Source: Camelus ferus (Eukaryota). From it: 64,000 nucleotides of DNA. Below, piece after piece: positions 39,276-54,200 of the stretch (the first letter of the stretch is position 1; every line of letters begins with the position of its first letter). A model generated the notes under the pieces. The model saw only the letters and a program-made list of their open reading frames with translations, was not told the DNA's origin and did not search any database. Location: assembly GCF_009834535.1 (NCBI RefSeq), contig NC_045697.1, positions 68,450,001-68,514,000 of the forward strand. Reading direction: 5' to 3'. Both the position numbers and the translations under genes were made by a program.

Positions 39276-39619
39276 GTTAGTCTAAGCAGTTAGTTTGTAT
39301 GATGCCTGTCAATGTTTTCTTATTACCTAATAATATCAAGGTCCATTGTAATCTTGACCCTCCCTTCCTCCTTAAGGCTCATGTCCCATGTACTTGACTA
39401 TAGAATTTTACAGAATTATATCAAAATACTAGTGTTTCCTTGTATACATGATGTGATTTAATTTCTCTGTAACTTCACATATGATTTTCTCTCTCCCAAA
39501 ACTTTTATTCAATTGGCTGAATTCTGTTTGTTCTCAAGTATGAGGCTGCAGCGGTTCTTCCTCTGTGCTCCTCTCTAAGCTGGGATATTTCCTCCACTTC
39601 CCCCACTTTTCTGGGGCTA

Positions 39620-39910
39620 CTCTTCCTCTTACTTCAATTATCAGTTCAGATGTCACTTCTTTCAGAAAGCCATCCCTGAGTCCCCATGTCTGGTCAGTTT
39701 CTGTTCCATATATTCCAGCATCTTCTTCTACTACCTACATTATGTCAGTCTGCATTATAATAGCATAGTCACTAATGTCAATTAGAGTCAAATTCCTTGA
39801 GGACAAGGTTTATAGGTTTATATTAATTTTTTATAGTAGTATCACTAGAGACTGGTCAAGTTCCTGGTGTCCGACAGACTCACAGTGAGTATGTCTTGAA
39901 TGAATGAACG
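39620..39910 (+). mobile_element. LINE-2 3' end
   Basis: tcagatgtcacttctttcagaaagcc; ccttgaggacaagg; ends ttgaatgaatgaa. Confidence 0.75.
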
Positions 39911-41229
39911 GATAGAATGCTAGGAGAAGCTTGGCTTGCACATCCAGGCAGAGCAAAGGACCCAGTATGTACATGTGCCGGCCCAATATGTTCCCTGTGA
40001 GTTAAATATTCTCTGTCTTTGTCCACCTCACTCACTCACCAGGTTCTTAATTTCCTTCGAAGCAGGAGGCCATTTACTACCTTGCATGACACCTTGACTC
40101 CAAAAATATTCCACAAATTTTCATTGAAATGTATGCTTACTGCTTAAAGTTCTATACAGATTATATGATCATAAGCTATTTCCCAAAAGATTTTTCACTC
40201 AAAGTGGATTTTTTAAAATCCTGAATGATAGATACTGGTTAGGAAATCATATATTTAACTACTCAATACTTGCCTCGTGTTTTAGAAAGCACACATATAA
40301 AATTTAAAGGAGGAAAACCAAACAAAAAATGAGCATAGCACTAGAGCTGAATAAAGATTATCCAGCTTACTTTCTATCTCCATAAAGGGAATATGGGAGA
40401 TTATAATTCTTGTCCTCAATAATGTACAGACTGAACATTCCTTAAGTGTTTTTGGCAACCACTTATAAATATAAAAATAAACAACTAATATAAAACTTCC
40501 TGGAATAAATTTATCTTTTTAATATACAATATATGCCCAGGGAATATTTGTAAAAGTAAATTAATCCTTTAATAAAATTGATCTGATAGAGCTTCAGCTC
40601 TAGAAGTCGTCTGTTAAATTATCTTTCCTTCTTCATACCCTGGGCACAGTAGAAGATGGCTTAGACTTTGAAATTTAAAAATTAGGTTCATGTCCTGACT
40701 CTAACTTTCTGTTGGCTGGCTTGTCTGAACTTCAGTTTTCTCTTATGAAAAATCAAAATAATAATATGGACTTTCATTTCTACTGGACCCATCTCCAAAG
40801 GTTTTATGTAGCCCTAACACATCCATAGTCGCTTAGGGACAGGCACCTTGAGAACCTGAGCTAAGAAAAGAGAGATCCCAGATAGCACAGGGCAAATGGA
40901 ACCTGGATTCTTGCATTGTTTAAATTTGATGTTAGAATAGATTTTAAACCCTCTTTAAGAGTTCAAAATTACTTGGGGACTAAGTATATCCTCTTTTTTC
41001 CTCCATATAATTACTAGGCATCGAGGCATTGAAGTCATACAGATATTTAGTTAACTACTCAGAAACTACAGGGTGCTGAGCAGCATTAACTGTTAATATT
41101 AACTAATATTTACAAATAGCATTATAATTTGTACAGCATTTTCATGAATAGTTGGTTACTTAATGTATGTAAAACATTTGTTATTACCTAGGAACTGTGG
41201 CCTAGGATATGGTAAACACTCAACAAATG

Positions 41230-41860
41230 AAAACTTTTCTGTAGTTTAAGTATCTTCAACAGCTCTTACAAAGAGGCATAATACTTTCATTCACGGTTAA
41301 CAAATAGAAAAACTGGCTCAAAAGGTCAAGTGACTTACTTAGATTATAGCACTAGGATTTGGCAGGTTAGAATCTGAATCTAGATGATACAGTACCAAAT
41401 TGTCTACCCTTATCATTAGTCTATGTAATTACCTAATCCATAACCCATGAAAGATGCCTAAACCATCCTGGAAAGAGGACAGCACTAGATTTCCAAAGAT
41501 TTCACATTTTGCTAGTAACTCTATGTATTGCAAGCGTCTTTTACTTTCCCTATTAGTTTATTACAATTTTCAAAATTATGCATTGCATTCATCCCCAAAG
41601 ATCTCTGTCTTCCTGTGTCACTTTCATCAAAGTATCTCATTAATTAAGCTACCATTTGAAGAGCACATGAGATGCTGCAAAGCTAAGAGGTTTACTATTA
41701 TCTTATCATTTCATCCTCACCTCAACCTTAGGTGGTAAATATTCCTCATTTACTAGATGAGGAAATTGAGATTTAGGGTTACTAGCTGACTTGCTAGGTA
41801 CACACAGTTAATGAATAGTAAAAGTAGGATTCTGAGCCAAATCTATTTGACTTGTCACCA
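41230..41860 (-). mobile_element. Two MIR fragments (about 41230-41420 and 41660-41860)
   Basis: aaactggctcaaaaggtcaagtgactt; tcatttcatcctcac...agatgaggaaattgagatttagggtt. Confidence 0.75.
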
Positions 41861-44800
41861 CCACCCTACAGTACCTTGAGGAAATGCTGAAGAAACATGT
41901 GAAACAGCTTTTTTGAAAACATTCTTAGATCTTTAATACACAATATACAATGAGCATCTCCAGATGATGGTATAGTTTACATCATTACTCATATTTCTTT
42001 AACAGTGGAACTTTTTTTTCAGAACATTTTGTGGAAATAATATTCTAAGTCTATATATTTTAGGCATTAGAGAATTTCTAAGAAAACCCAATTCTAATAT
42101 TCTGCAGTTTTATGCTTTACTTTTAGCTAACTGGATCTCTGTTCTCTTTATATCTGAATTTACTTCTTAACCAACACCAGTCTCAGTTCCCTCCATATGA
42201 AATCATATCATATAAACACAGAGAGGATGTATGAAGGTCATAAGTGTCATTGGGCAGCAATTAACAAAACATGAAACAAAAAGCATTTATTTCTGAAAGG
42301 TAATATACTGTGCAGATTTAAGTAATATCAGGATAGATGGTATCATCAATTAGAAAACCCAGATAAGCTTTTCTAATATAAATGTATTTTTAAAATAATG
42401 GTCAAATAAATCAAAGAACTTAGCAAGGGAGAGGAAAGCCAAGCTGAGTAAGTGGGAGAATTATAACATCTATCTCCAAAATAAACAAAATCTTTGAACC
42501 CAACTTTGTCATCTCTGCTTACACCCATGTGCTTTTAATTTTTTCTGAGATAAAATTTTGAACTGAATAAAATTCAATTTGCCTAGCAAGTTGAGCTTCA
42601 TTTCTAAGTTGTTCCTTTTAATAATGAGTTGGAGGGTCTCTGAGACCTTCCCCAGCTGAGACCTCATATTGTGAGGAGACACCATCTCCTTTCATCATCT
42701 GCACTTGTCTCTGAACCATGATGTCATGGGGAGCATCATGACGGATAGAACCTGACACGCCCTGTCATGGAGCCAGATGCACCAGCTGGGAAGCCTATGG
42801 AGCAACAAGCTTCAGCAAAGGGCAACTTGGAGGTTAAAAAACTTGTCTTCTTGGTTTTTGTTTTTTGAGGATCAGTTTACCTGAATTAGAGAAAATCTTT
42901 TCCAAATCTAAGCCTAGCAAATGATTTAGAACCAGATCCATGTTCACTTTTGAATAGAACAAAAGTCTGAGACAATTCTACATATATATCTTCTTTGACT
43001 CCCTTTAAAATAAAAGTTACTTTTCTCTCTTAATATTAAGACCAAAAAAAAGCCGTTAGACTGGTATATTCTTAATAAAGCTCAAACAATATTTGTGTCA
43101 TCTGATCTTAGTAAGTTTCTTAAAACAGTACGGATACTGCTTTTGCACTTAATTTCTATTTGAGTATTACAAGGGAAATGGTTTTTTCTCAGTGGCCTAT
43201 GGAGTAACTTGCATTTTGTGTAGAGCAATGGGGACAGAATATTTTCACATGGCTATTAGCATTGGCCCCATTCTTTTAGGGGGGTGCCTGGTGATGTTGC
43301 CAAAAAAAAAAAAAACTGCCTAGGGATTAAGAGGAATGACTTTATTCCCACTATCTTGACGTTATTAGAATATATCTCCTTTCTAAGATGAAAGGCTTAC
43401 CTCCTTGAACATCAGGAGAAATGAGTTTGAACTTTGTCTGTACCATCAATTCCTCAGTTCCAGTAACCCTGAACTCAGGACAAAAGTAAGACTCCCTGTG
43501 AGAAATGCCTCTGAAAGCATTAGAATAGCACATTATTGCCCCAATATTAAGTAGCTGAACTTTTCCTCTGCATACTTTTTCCTACTGTTTTTGTCTTCTT
43601 CCATTCAACATCTGAATCCCAAGAAGGTATCTCTTCTCTTACCTCACCCAACTCAGTCAATAAAGTAAAAGGGATTAACTTTAGATTAATATGAATGAGT
43701 TTCATCCAATATTTAGTTATGTTTCCATAAATATTTAAGCCATATTTCTAATCATGGAAACAAAAATTCCTGGTACCCAATTAAAAGGAACATAAAACTT
43801 CACTGAATGGTACAAATGTAGAAAATGTTATGGCCTGTGGAAGCAAATTCGCTTAGAACACTTCTGCAAAAGGACATTCTAACCAGGATTGTGTTTAAAA
43901 AGCATTTAGTCCTTGCTCTCTATACTAATTCAACATAACCTCTGCCTATTACAAATGTTTCCCAGTTGAGAGTAAAAGTCTTGGTTTCTGAGAGTTTGCA
44001 GAATGAGCTCTATCCATAATATATCATTTTTGCTGTCAGTAAATGTCACCAAGGTGAGAATTGTCTATTTCTATTCTACTTCAGCCTTCAGCTTCAGCAT
44101 TAAATTTAAGAGAAAATGTATGAGCTACCTGTATTGAAAGCGTTGTTCATTGAGGCTTCTGTATGTGCTCTCTGGGCATCCAGAAGTTCTGCAGTATTTT
44201 GTTCAAGCTGCTCAAGGTTGAGCATCTATTCATACTACTTTGAAGTTGATACAGTCATAGCTTTTCCAAAACGACCTGCCTATTAGGTCCAGGCCTCTCT
44301 ACCTCCTGTCTCAGGAAAAATAATCAGAACAGCTTCCTTTTCTTCCTTCTGCACTTCATTATGTGTTTCAAGGTTGAGAAAAAAAAAAGGATCAATGATT
44401 TTCCTTTAAAGTATGACACAGCTATTTCTTGCCCACAGAGTAGATTTTTGCAGGGCTCTGGTTGTGATACTAGATGAGGCTGATTTTAATGAGTCAATTT
44501 GAGGCTACCTGACTCCTCTGCTCTTTGCAGGTGTAATTTACTTTTTTCTTTACATATATCCCCGCTGACACTTTTAAAGGGTGTGTTTGTTTCCTTTTAA
44601 GCATAGTATACAAAACCAAATTCAGTAGCAGCTTTATCCACCCAGAAGTCAAGACAATTCAAAAGCTAAGACAATCTAAAAAGCTAAAAATAGAAGAATT
44701 TTTTTTAATGTCTATTAGAAGACATAAAGCATTAACTCTAGCTTTGTCTGGGATACTCATCAAACATGGGGACCAACACTGCTCCTTGTTGTCATCACTG

Positions 44801-45219
44801 GAGCTTTTTGCATCTTGATTTTAATATATTTTGGTGATATGGCTAATAACAATATTTCTACATTTTTGTATGATCACATCAAAATGTGTGAATCTCTGCT
44901 GCTAGGACATGAATTTTCAGGGCACTCAGACTTTTATTGGACAAATATGAGCCATTTTTCCTGGCATCAGGAAAATAACGTCTTTGATCCAGGTGAACAT
45001 ATAACCAAAGGAAAAAGTATTTTCTAATGGTAGCTTCTATTTCCATTTTTATTAATACAGTGACATGCATAACAGAATTTTTAATAAATACCATTGAAGT
45101 AAATGGCTTTTTAGCAGTTTTAATCCAAACTGAGGCCAAAAGAGTTCTTAGGTACTGCTGAACTCATGAGAAAGCTATTTATTTTCTCTTCTTTCAAATA
45201 AAGGAGGGAAGCATGAAAT

Positions 45220-45365
45220 ACAGAGCTATATTTTGCCAGTTGTTAGCTGTTATTTAACCCCCATAACCCTCAATTTTCCTGTCTCTACAGTGGAGATAAT
45301 GGGTAGATGGAAATGACTCATATGAGATAGAACCTGGCACATAACAAATGCTCAAGAAATTATTG
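45220..45365 (+). mobile_element. MIR fragment
   Basis: ctcaattttcctgtctctacagtggagataat; tagaacctggcacataacaaatgctcaa. Confidence 0.7.
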
Positions 45366-46489
45366 AAACCACGTATTTTTTTAACATTTGCTGAGAATGT
45401 AGACAAGTTTCTCCAAGTTCACTGAAACTGGATTAATAGTTCTAGACCCTTAGCTTAAATTTATCATTCAAAAACACAATAACATGAATATTCAAAACAT
45501 TCCTTCAACCTCATAGTCTCTACAAGAGTGAGAAGGAACCATCAGCATTTTAAGATTCCCTTTTACTCATTTTCTGCATCCTGTACTGAGCTTCACTTCA
45601 GGAATGGTGACCAAATTGAGACTGGTGTACCCAGTAATTTTACTGAATGTTCTGGTTTTTACAAGCTATGGGTTTAGGTTGAGCAGGAAGAACCAGATAT
45701 ACATGGTAAGTGAGAATTTCCACCATATGAAAGATGGCAGAGATCGTAACAATGATAACCCCCAGAAGTGGGAGCCCACAAACCTCAGCCCACTGTGTCT
45801 ACTCTGGGTTCAGGGTTGCTGAAGAGGACTCAACAATTTGCTGTTTAGAAGAAGTCTTTCTCACAGAAAAGAGAAGAGATACAGCGAGATGAGTGCCTGT
45901 AGTGTATGCTGTCACCCATGGCTAGCAGGTCCCTCTTGAGAGCAGACACAGGGCAGGGGACTGCAGCACCCCTCTCATGCTGTAGACCAAGTCCCCTCTG
46001 CCTTGGGCAGGGGAAGGCAGATTTACTGTGGGCCTGGCCACACAACACACATGCAAGCAGGACAAGTAAATTCACTGTGTGCTCAAGACATGGGAAAGTT
46101 TTCTGCTAATAAGAAAGAAAAATCTGGAGCCAACTGACACCTCGTCTTCCATATGAGGGAATGTTGCAGCCCAGGGTACTGACTGGGGAATCCCAGAGAG
46201 AAGGGTGGCAGGTTGAGCAATGGCTGCTTCCCCACAATTTATTTTTTTTAAATGGTGATAGAAAGACTAGAATTCTGTGACTTAGAAGTCAAAGTCTTTG
46301 TACTAAATTGCCAGGCCTTTGAACTAATATGTTTCCTAAATAGGCAATTCCTATTGTCAAATTTTATTTTCTTTATGATTATACTTCACCCATCACTAAT
46401 TTCCTATTTCTCTTGGTTCTCATTAATTTTTTTTTCTTGTCAGTCCTTTGAGGAAATGTGCTCTACAACATATTTTATACAGTAACAAG

Positions 46490-47650
46490 TTCATATTTAT
46501 TTATTCACCAAGCAGTCATTAAAAAAGCATCTAGTATGTGCAGAGAAATGTGCCAAGGGTGGATGGGCAAGTATGCAAGGATAAGTTACTGACATTAAGA
46601 ACCTCACATTTAGTAGAGGAAATAGAAAAATACTCACACCAAAGAATAACATAAGGCAGATTCTGATTAATTTCATAAAGTTATCTCATTTTCTTATGGT
46701 AACTGATTTCACAGACTTTAGTCTTCCCTTGCTTTAATGCATACCTCATCCTGGACTCATATTGGTCTTTAAAAAAACAAAAATCTAATCATCCCTTGCC
46801 TTAAAATCCTTCAAGAGTTGCCTTTTGTTGTTAAGGAAACTTCAGACTCCATAGCATGACATTCAGTGCTTTTCATGATTTGATCCTGGTTTGGATCTCA
46901 ATTTCCCTTCTTGTCTTCATCTCTCCCAACCCCCACCCCACTTTCTGTTTACTTACCTCCACCAAAGAAACTGACGTCCTATTCATCACTCTATCCTTAA
47001 CACCTAGCAGAACCTGGCTCATTGAAGCCAAGTGATAAATACTTTTATCAAGAGGAAAAAATGTTGTGTCTTTTAATATTGAATTTAAAGTTCTGGCATG
47101 ATCTTCAGACCAAGATATCCAACAGGTAACTGGAAATGTTGGATTAATTCTTGAGATTACATAGAGTTACTTGCAGGTACATGATGCATTCAATCATAGC
47201 AAGAACCAAGGAACCAAAACAAGAGTTTGAAATAGTGTTAGATGTTGAGTTAAACACAAAGTTCTTTAATATAGAACTTTAAAATAATCTAATATGCTTT
47301 GGTAAGTAATCAAAAAAGGATATAATTATTAGTGTTTTCTAAATTTATTTGACAAAAGAGCACTTTTCTCACTGACTATTATTGGTTTATAAACATTTTG
47401 AAAGGGAGAGAGAGAAGGGGAAGGAGGAAACAAGAAGTGATCAGAAAGGTAGGAGAAGCAGGTAAGTGAAGCATCTTGAAAATAAAAGGATCATTTTTAA
47501 GAATAAAAGTTGTGCTCAATAAATTGAGTAATGTTGGAAGATCAAGAGAAGTTACCTGGCATAACTATTTCTAATAAAATAAAATACAACCAGTTTAGAA
47601 AGCGGGTTAGAGTGCGAGAGAATGAGAAAAGGTTAGTGAGTAAGAGATAC
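46490..47650. mobile_element. Cluster of decayed LINE-2 fragments in both orientations
   Basis: ttcatatttatttattcacc (minus-strand tail); aatctaatcatcccttgccttaaaatccttcaa (plus); gatatccaacaggtaactggaaat (minus). Confidence 0.55.
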
Positions 47651-50009
47651 AGGCGCAAAATGAGACAGTGTCATAGATGGCAAAGCAGTTGTGGAACTTG
47701 AGTACGGCCATCCTGAACTGTCCTGATGATGTGAATGAGGTGACAACCACCACTTTCAGCTCCCAGCTACATGAAACACACCACACTGGGCCAAGAACTC
47801 CGCAGTCTTAATTTATTCAGCACACAGAGATGTCGCTCAAATGGAATTTGGATAATCATTGTGCCTGTTGGAATCATATAATTGATGGACCATGGTCCTC
47901 AAATTGAGCCTGTTTATTTGTTTTTGACAAACTAATTCAGTAGAAATAGGCACATTGACTGTTTTAACATTCCAGAACCATTTGCTGAGAGACAAATCAC
48001 AAATGTGACCCCAGAGAGACTGCTGACCGCCAATATACCTGTGCTTATTTTCATTCCCCATCTGTTCACCCCACTTCCATTCCATTTTATGTGTCATTTC
48101 TCTGTTTTATTTCACTTTTTTTCCTTTAGAATCAAGCCTTTGGTGAGTCCATTTTCTGCTTATTTTCCACTCTCCTTTTTTCTCCCTTTTCTCTGACCAA
48201 CAAATGCTGCATAGCAGACAGACTCATTCATCTCTAGAACCTTATCTAAGGGAGCATATGTTTCTTTTCTTTGAGGTCAGATTAACTATTCCCTATATGT
48301 AACACAAAGAAGAAATATGCATTGGCAGCAAATTCTGCTACGGTAAACCATCATTTCTGTCCACTATGTTAAGCCAATTTAACATGCTTAAACATGCCTT
48401 TTGTCATCGACAACAAAAGCAAAAGGCAGTTGAACTCTGGTTAATAAATCATTTTCTGAGGCAGAAAGACTGCTTAGGAAATATGATGCCAGACATTTAA
48501 GACTATTCTCTAAAGAGTTTTAGTCATGAGTTCACCCAATTTCCTCATGATTAAAACTGTTTTAACGAAAGACACTTAAAAGTGTATGAGGAGTAACTAA
48601 ATTTAAAAACAAACTCACTAAGTAGTTGAGAAGGTTTTATATTTGCAGAAGGGTTTATTAGATTAATTATTATTCCACAGAGAAGAGGAATGGAAAGATA
48701 CCACAGAAGTATTTCATGAGGATATGAATTCTAAGAAATGTTAGCTTATATATTTCCCCCCAAAATTCCAAGTCTTCAACCTTTCTCTATTTGACTGCCA
48801 TTTTTATTAATTTAAATAAAATTCATTTGTTCACTGTTAACAGTGTTATATAATAATAAGGCTGTGTTTTCTCCAGGAGTACATTCTGAAGCACTTACCA
48901 TAAAAGACAGACTACCTCAACACCAAAAAAAAAAAAAAAAAAAGATTCAACCTGAAATGCTTTTCAAAAAAAAGAGAGAGACAAACTTCTGGAGACTACT
49001 ACGTGTTCAGCTGAAATAGCCATCTATTACTTGACCACACACAGACACAGACACACACGCAAACAAAGACACCATGACTATTATGGCAAAAACTTGCCAA
49101 ATGCCAGGTTCTTAATTATCACTCCCAGATATCTGAGATGATGGCATAAACGGGACTAACTATTCACATTCGTAGATTTATTTTTATTACACTATGAAAA
49201 AATGTTAGTATTATACATTTATTCATGTTAGGCAGTACATGCATTCATTTCAGATAGAACATTTTCAGATCTGGTGATACATTTAGAAATACATCTTCAG
49301 GTGGTCTGGGAAGAATTTTTCTGGCCCAATTTTTATCTTCTCCTCCCATCCAGCTGCTGTGTGACTTTTAGAGTTTGGTCATGCTTCCAAACTGAGCAAA
49401 CTCAGAGTAAAGGGGAGTGAAAGCTTTTGAATACACAGGTGGCACTGTGTGCAGAATCTTCTGTTGCCATGCTTACTGATGAATGTGGGGGAGTGACAGA
49501 CAGCCCTGGCCAGATACCATAGTCTTCTCTAGTCTCCGAAAATGACATTGTTGCCCAGTAGATTAGTAACACTGCAAAATACCATCGTCCATATGGACAC
49601 CTAGAGGAAAACTGGGTTGAATGGCATTTAGGGCAATGTAACAAGCTGTGCTTTGAAAAGAGGTGCCTATAGCCAGTAAAGACAAGTAGAAAGTCTCTGG
49701 CTAGTGTATAGCTTGCCACTGTCTCCAACAACATACTGTATTTATATGAATGCTTTAGCCCTAAAATAGGTCCCTAGCTTGACTAAATACCTTTATAAGA
49801 CACATGACACTTACGTGCCAGTTACTGTGCAAAACACTAAGTATTCATTATCTTTCTTTAATATGAGAACATTGAGTGACAGAGCAAACTGTTTAGCCTG
49901 ACCTTTGTGGTTGCATTTTTATTAGTTTTATTAACGGAAAGACTGCTACTTTGAAACAACTTGTTTGCAGCCAATTCTATTCCATATAATTAATAGTACC
50001 TCCATTATC

Positions 50010-50230
50010 TTTTTAAGCAAATATTTATTGAACACATACTGTTCTCAAGTACTGTTCTAAAATGCCTTATTTGTTTAATGTTCACAATAAAACTATAAAG
50101 TATTATTATTTCCATCTTACAGATGAGGTGACTGGGGGCAAAGAGGTTGTTTACCAGGTATGACATGTAAAAGGCCAGGCAGGACTTGTATCCTAGCATT
50201 CTAGGTGTCCTTAACCACTTTAGTGTACTG
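50010..50230 (-). mobile_element. MIR SINE
   Basis: atatttattgaacacatactg; tattattatttccatcttacagatgaggtgactgggg. Confidence 0.85.
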
Positions 50231-50919
50231 CTTCTGTTAAACCCTTGGAATAACTTACTTCTTAGAGTTTTCATCGCAGAAGTTATTGTGAGTGATACTG
50301 AGGAAAGGAGCTTTGTATTCTGAAAAGTACTATGCAAATGGTGGTGATATATTCATCCATCCATCCATTCACTTACTCATTTCCTGCTTTGTTCCATTAA
50401 AGAATGAAAGCATCAAAATCAGTAAAATGTTGTTTTAGCAAATGTTTGTATTGTTTCAGATGCTAGATTTTTCTCACTTTCTATCTAATGGCAAAGGGTG
50501 AAAAATAGTGATTACAACCCATCCATTTAAAAATTATACTTTGCTAAGCTGAATATAGTTTTACATTTGCCAGCTCTTTTCTGATCACTTTCCTAGGTAT
50601 GTTTCAGACATAAATAATTGAAACTTTCAAGTATATATCAATAAGATACCCAGTTTTAATTTAACAGTACCTGCCTCTGTTTCTCCCAGCTTTCTGATAA
50701 AGCTTGGAAAAGAAAGCTCATTCATTAAGGTAACTATCCCAGAGAAAATGATAACTTAAAATCAACTGCATGTGATACCCAATACAGAGTAGAGTTTACT
50801 TCACAGATAGTTTAATACCAGGAAATACACCAGTACAACTAATCATATCATTATGTTAAAGAAAGAAAAAGTAATATTCATAGATAGTTCCTATGAATGG
50901 TGAGTTTCTGCACCACACA

Positions 50920-51245
50920 GCAACCAGATATATCCTTTTAAAACATAAAGCTTATCACATCATTCCTTTGCTTAAAATTCTCCAGTGACTTCCTACACAT
51001 TTAGAATAAATTTCAAAGTTCTTACAATGTCCTTAAAAGGTTTTGCATGATTGGATTCCAGAATATCTCCTTGATTTCATCTCTTAACCAATCTTCATCT
51101 CATTCTTTTCTAGCTACTTCTAAGACCCAATACACCTGTACCCAATTAGGACCTTTATACTTGAAGCTTCTCTGCCTGAAAACCCTTTTCATTATATTTT
51201 CATGTAATTTTGCCCCCTCATTTCATTCAAATTTGGTCTAATAAC
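50920..51245 (+). mobile_element. LINE-2 fragment
   Basis: atcacatcattcctttgcttaaaattctccagtgacttcc...ttagaataaatttcaaagttcttacaatg. Confidence 0.8.
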
Positions 51246-54200
51246 ACTCCTAAGAGTGTTTATTGGCACACATTAGAATGTTAAAAAAAATAAATAAAAG
51301 CAAGCAGAGCATGGTAAATACCTCTAATCAAGCACAATAATGAGTGCCTTATGCACATTTTGACTTTTTATAATTTATATATTAAAGGAATGCGTATAAA
51401 TTTTACTCCAGTCCAAATGATAAATATCAACTTTTTGTCTTCCTAGATTAACAGACTCATTCTGAGTAAGCAATAAAAATTTAGATTTTAAAGTAAACAG
51501 ATCTGCTCTGTGTGCTACATGTTTAATTCAGCCCAGACATCTATGCAGATCTGCAAAAATAATAAGTGGAATGTTGAAATGAGCAGCCATTTGGTTCAAC
51601 AACATGGTGCAAATAACCTAATTAAATGCACCCAACCTACTTTCACAGCTGCATATGAGAAAATTGATGCTTCTGCAAAGATTATAAGCTTGTGTCCACT
51701 TGTCTCTATCCACAAAGGACAGATTTTCTGACTTTACAAAATTAATACAATAGACAAGTGGTGGCAGTATTTACAGTGCATTCACAGTGCAGCTGCACAT
51801 TAAAATCTCAGGCATTAGGCATTCAGAAACACCAGAAGTCCAAGCAGTGTACCTCAGTATTCTTGTGTACTGTACACATAAGGATTTCCTTTATATTCAG
51901 TGATACTGATTCCTGAGGGTGTAACTGGATAGAAAGATGTGCGTAAAAATAGTTCTTTCTATAAAATTTGTGTAACTGCTTGTGTGGGTGGTTAGATTAA
52001 TTATATGTGCAATGTAACTGCTCTGAATTCTTTCTGTCCCTGAGAAATTTGGTTGTTGATATGAGTAGTTGCCATCTTTTCCACTTGTTTATTTGGATCA
52101 AATGAAGGGATACTGTTATCAAAGACAACTGTGATTCTAGCTAGATCAACACATCTTGGATTTTCATATAATCGATGTAGGAGGAAAGAAGAGGAATTTT
52201 AGTTTTGACCCTTTACTCAGGAATTTTTTCATGTAAATTCATATTCTCAACAGATTTCTCAGGAACCTGTGTTACAGCAGAGCTGGATATGCACTCAGCA
52301 CAACTAACGCTCCCTATGTCTTTGAAGTTACAGGTTTGTTTCTGTGTCAAGCTTCAGAATTAAGCAGGGAAAAGAAATAGAAGGATGCTTTCATTTGTGA
52401 GGGCACCTAATCCAAAAGAATTCACTTTTTCAGGTATCATTGAGAAGTGGTGTTTATTTGCTCGGTCCAGTCAGCTCACTGGGGATGTGAGCCAGTGCCC
52501 ACAGTGCCTCTTTTTACATTTACATGAGGGGATTCTCTCATCTTAGTACTGCATGAGGAATGGAAAACAATATTTAGGAAGGATTGATCTGTCATTTTGG
52601 AATGAACTGATTTTTATCTTATGTCACAAAAGCATAAAAGATATAGAAAACTGCAACTGTATACGTCCATATTCCCCATATAATTTTAATGAATCTAGAC
52701 TAGGAAAAGAATAAACAGATCCTGTCAAATCCTAGAAAATCAACTTAGTATATATTCATAAACATTTTCATAAATATTCTCGTGAAAAGAGTTAATATAG
52801 TATACAACATTAGCCTTAAAGTTATTCTCAGTGAACTGATAGTTCTCTGAATTTTTCTGGAAGAGATTCCCTTTTTGCCTTTTGTTTTCTCCTTCTTTGG
52901 GCCAAAAAGTCAAATGTGATGACATTAACATGGCGTCGTTATCCTAGGAGCAAAAGTTTTGTATAAGAAAGTAATAAACTTTTATCTTGCTTATGTTACT
53001 GCCGTTTAATAAAATATCTAACCAAATCTAAACCAATAAATAAAATAGAGACAGGTGGAGATAGGGAAGATAAGTGTCCCTGCCTAGGGCACCAGTGAAA
53101 AGTCTTCTTTCTTATGGCTGCTGTGAAGAGCATGTGGAAGGGACCATATACCTGTTCTCAGGGATTCCACCCTCAATAAGACAAATATTCTGGCTAAGAA
53201 TATTGCTTCTTGTCTTGATATCTTTTTCCTAAAATGATCTTGAAGGTTCAATATCTTGGATTGACTTGGGTTTTTTTTGAATGATAATAAGCTAGAAGCC
53301 AATTTCATATATATCAGTTTTGCAGTGAAGCAGAGGTCAGGTGATCTTTAAGATTTTCATCTTTATGTACTTTGTTACAAGCATGTTCAAAAAGTCAACA
53401 AATGCCTTTGAATTGGATTTTATTTAATAACATAGAAGCATATAGAAAATGGAGTCTATAGGGGAAAAATTCACATATTAAGAGACTTTGGCCAATAGAA
53501 ATCAAAGCAATTTTTTAAAAGACTAATAAAGAAAAAGCACATTTAAAAATCAATTAGAATCATTTTTGCAACCATTTATATGGTATAATTTATCTTAGGT
53601 AGGGAATCTTTACAAGCAAACAACAAAATAAAGCAATTCTTAAAATGTTTATTTTATTTTATTTAAGTTTGCATTTTGAAGCAGATGTTCCTTAAATGTT
53701 TAAGAGCCAGAAAATTACTAAAATATATTTTCAGTATGTGAAATATTTTACATTATCTTCACAACAGTGCTTAAACTAAAATATTATGCATAACTTCAGC
53801 AATTACCAAAGATGTTTTCCTGCTTTGTTTTGCCTTCATTCCACAGTATATCTATATTACACATATGTAAATATTCCAAAAATGTATTTTCAAAATCTTT
53901 TGTAATAAAAAGAAATACAAAACAATTGTACATTTGTAAACACAAAAGAATCATGGACAATTTCACACTCCGAGAATGGCAGGAACACAAAGTTCAAAGG
54001 CACTGTTAAAACCAGAAGAGCAATCTGGTAAGTTTCCAACATGGTTTGCCTTCCTTAAGTTTTATAAATGTCTTTATGCATATCTGGAAAGAGAAAATGC
54101 AAAGAATCTTCAAGAATCATCTTACCATCCTTTTTCTAAATGCCATTTGCCTTCTTGCCTAGAATAAAGCTTCAATTCAGAAATAACACAGCCCCCTTGC

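Noticed and set aside
42647..42793. 11-bp inverted repeat CTTCCCAGCTG / CAGCTGGGAAG
   Set aside because: No TSD and no extended pairing; compatible with chance.
44129..44276. Minus-strand exon-like segment (MLNLEQLEQNTAELLDAQRAHTEASM)
   Set aside because: Two in-frame stops, weak splice sites and no identifiable homologue.
44728..45027. 99-codon stop-to-stop frame with a hydrophobic stretch (LLLVVITGAFCILILIYFG)
   Set aside because: An in-frame stop lies just after the nearest acceptor, the donor is weak and I recognise no family. T-rich DNA readily gives hydrophobic runs.
48832..48845. Perfect 14-bp palindrome CACTGTTAACAGTG
   Set aside because: A few palindromes of this length are expected by chance in 64 kb.
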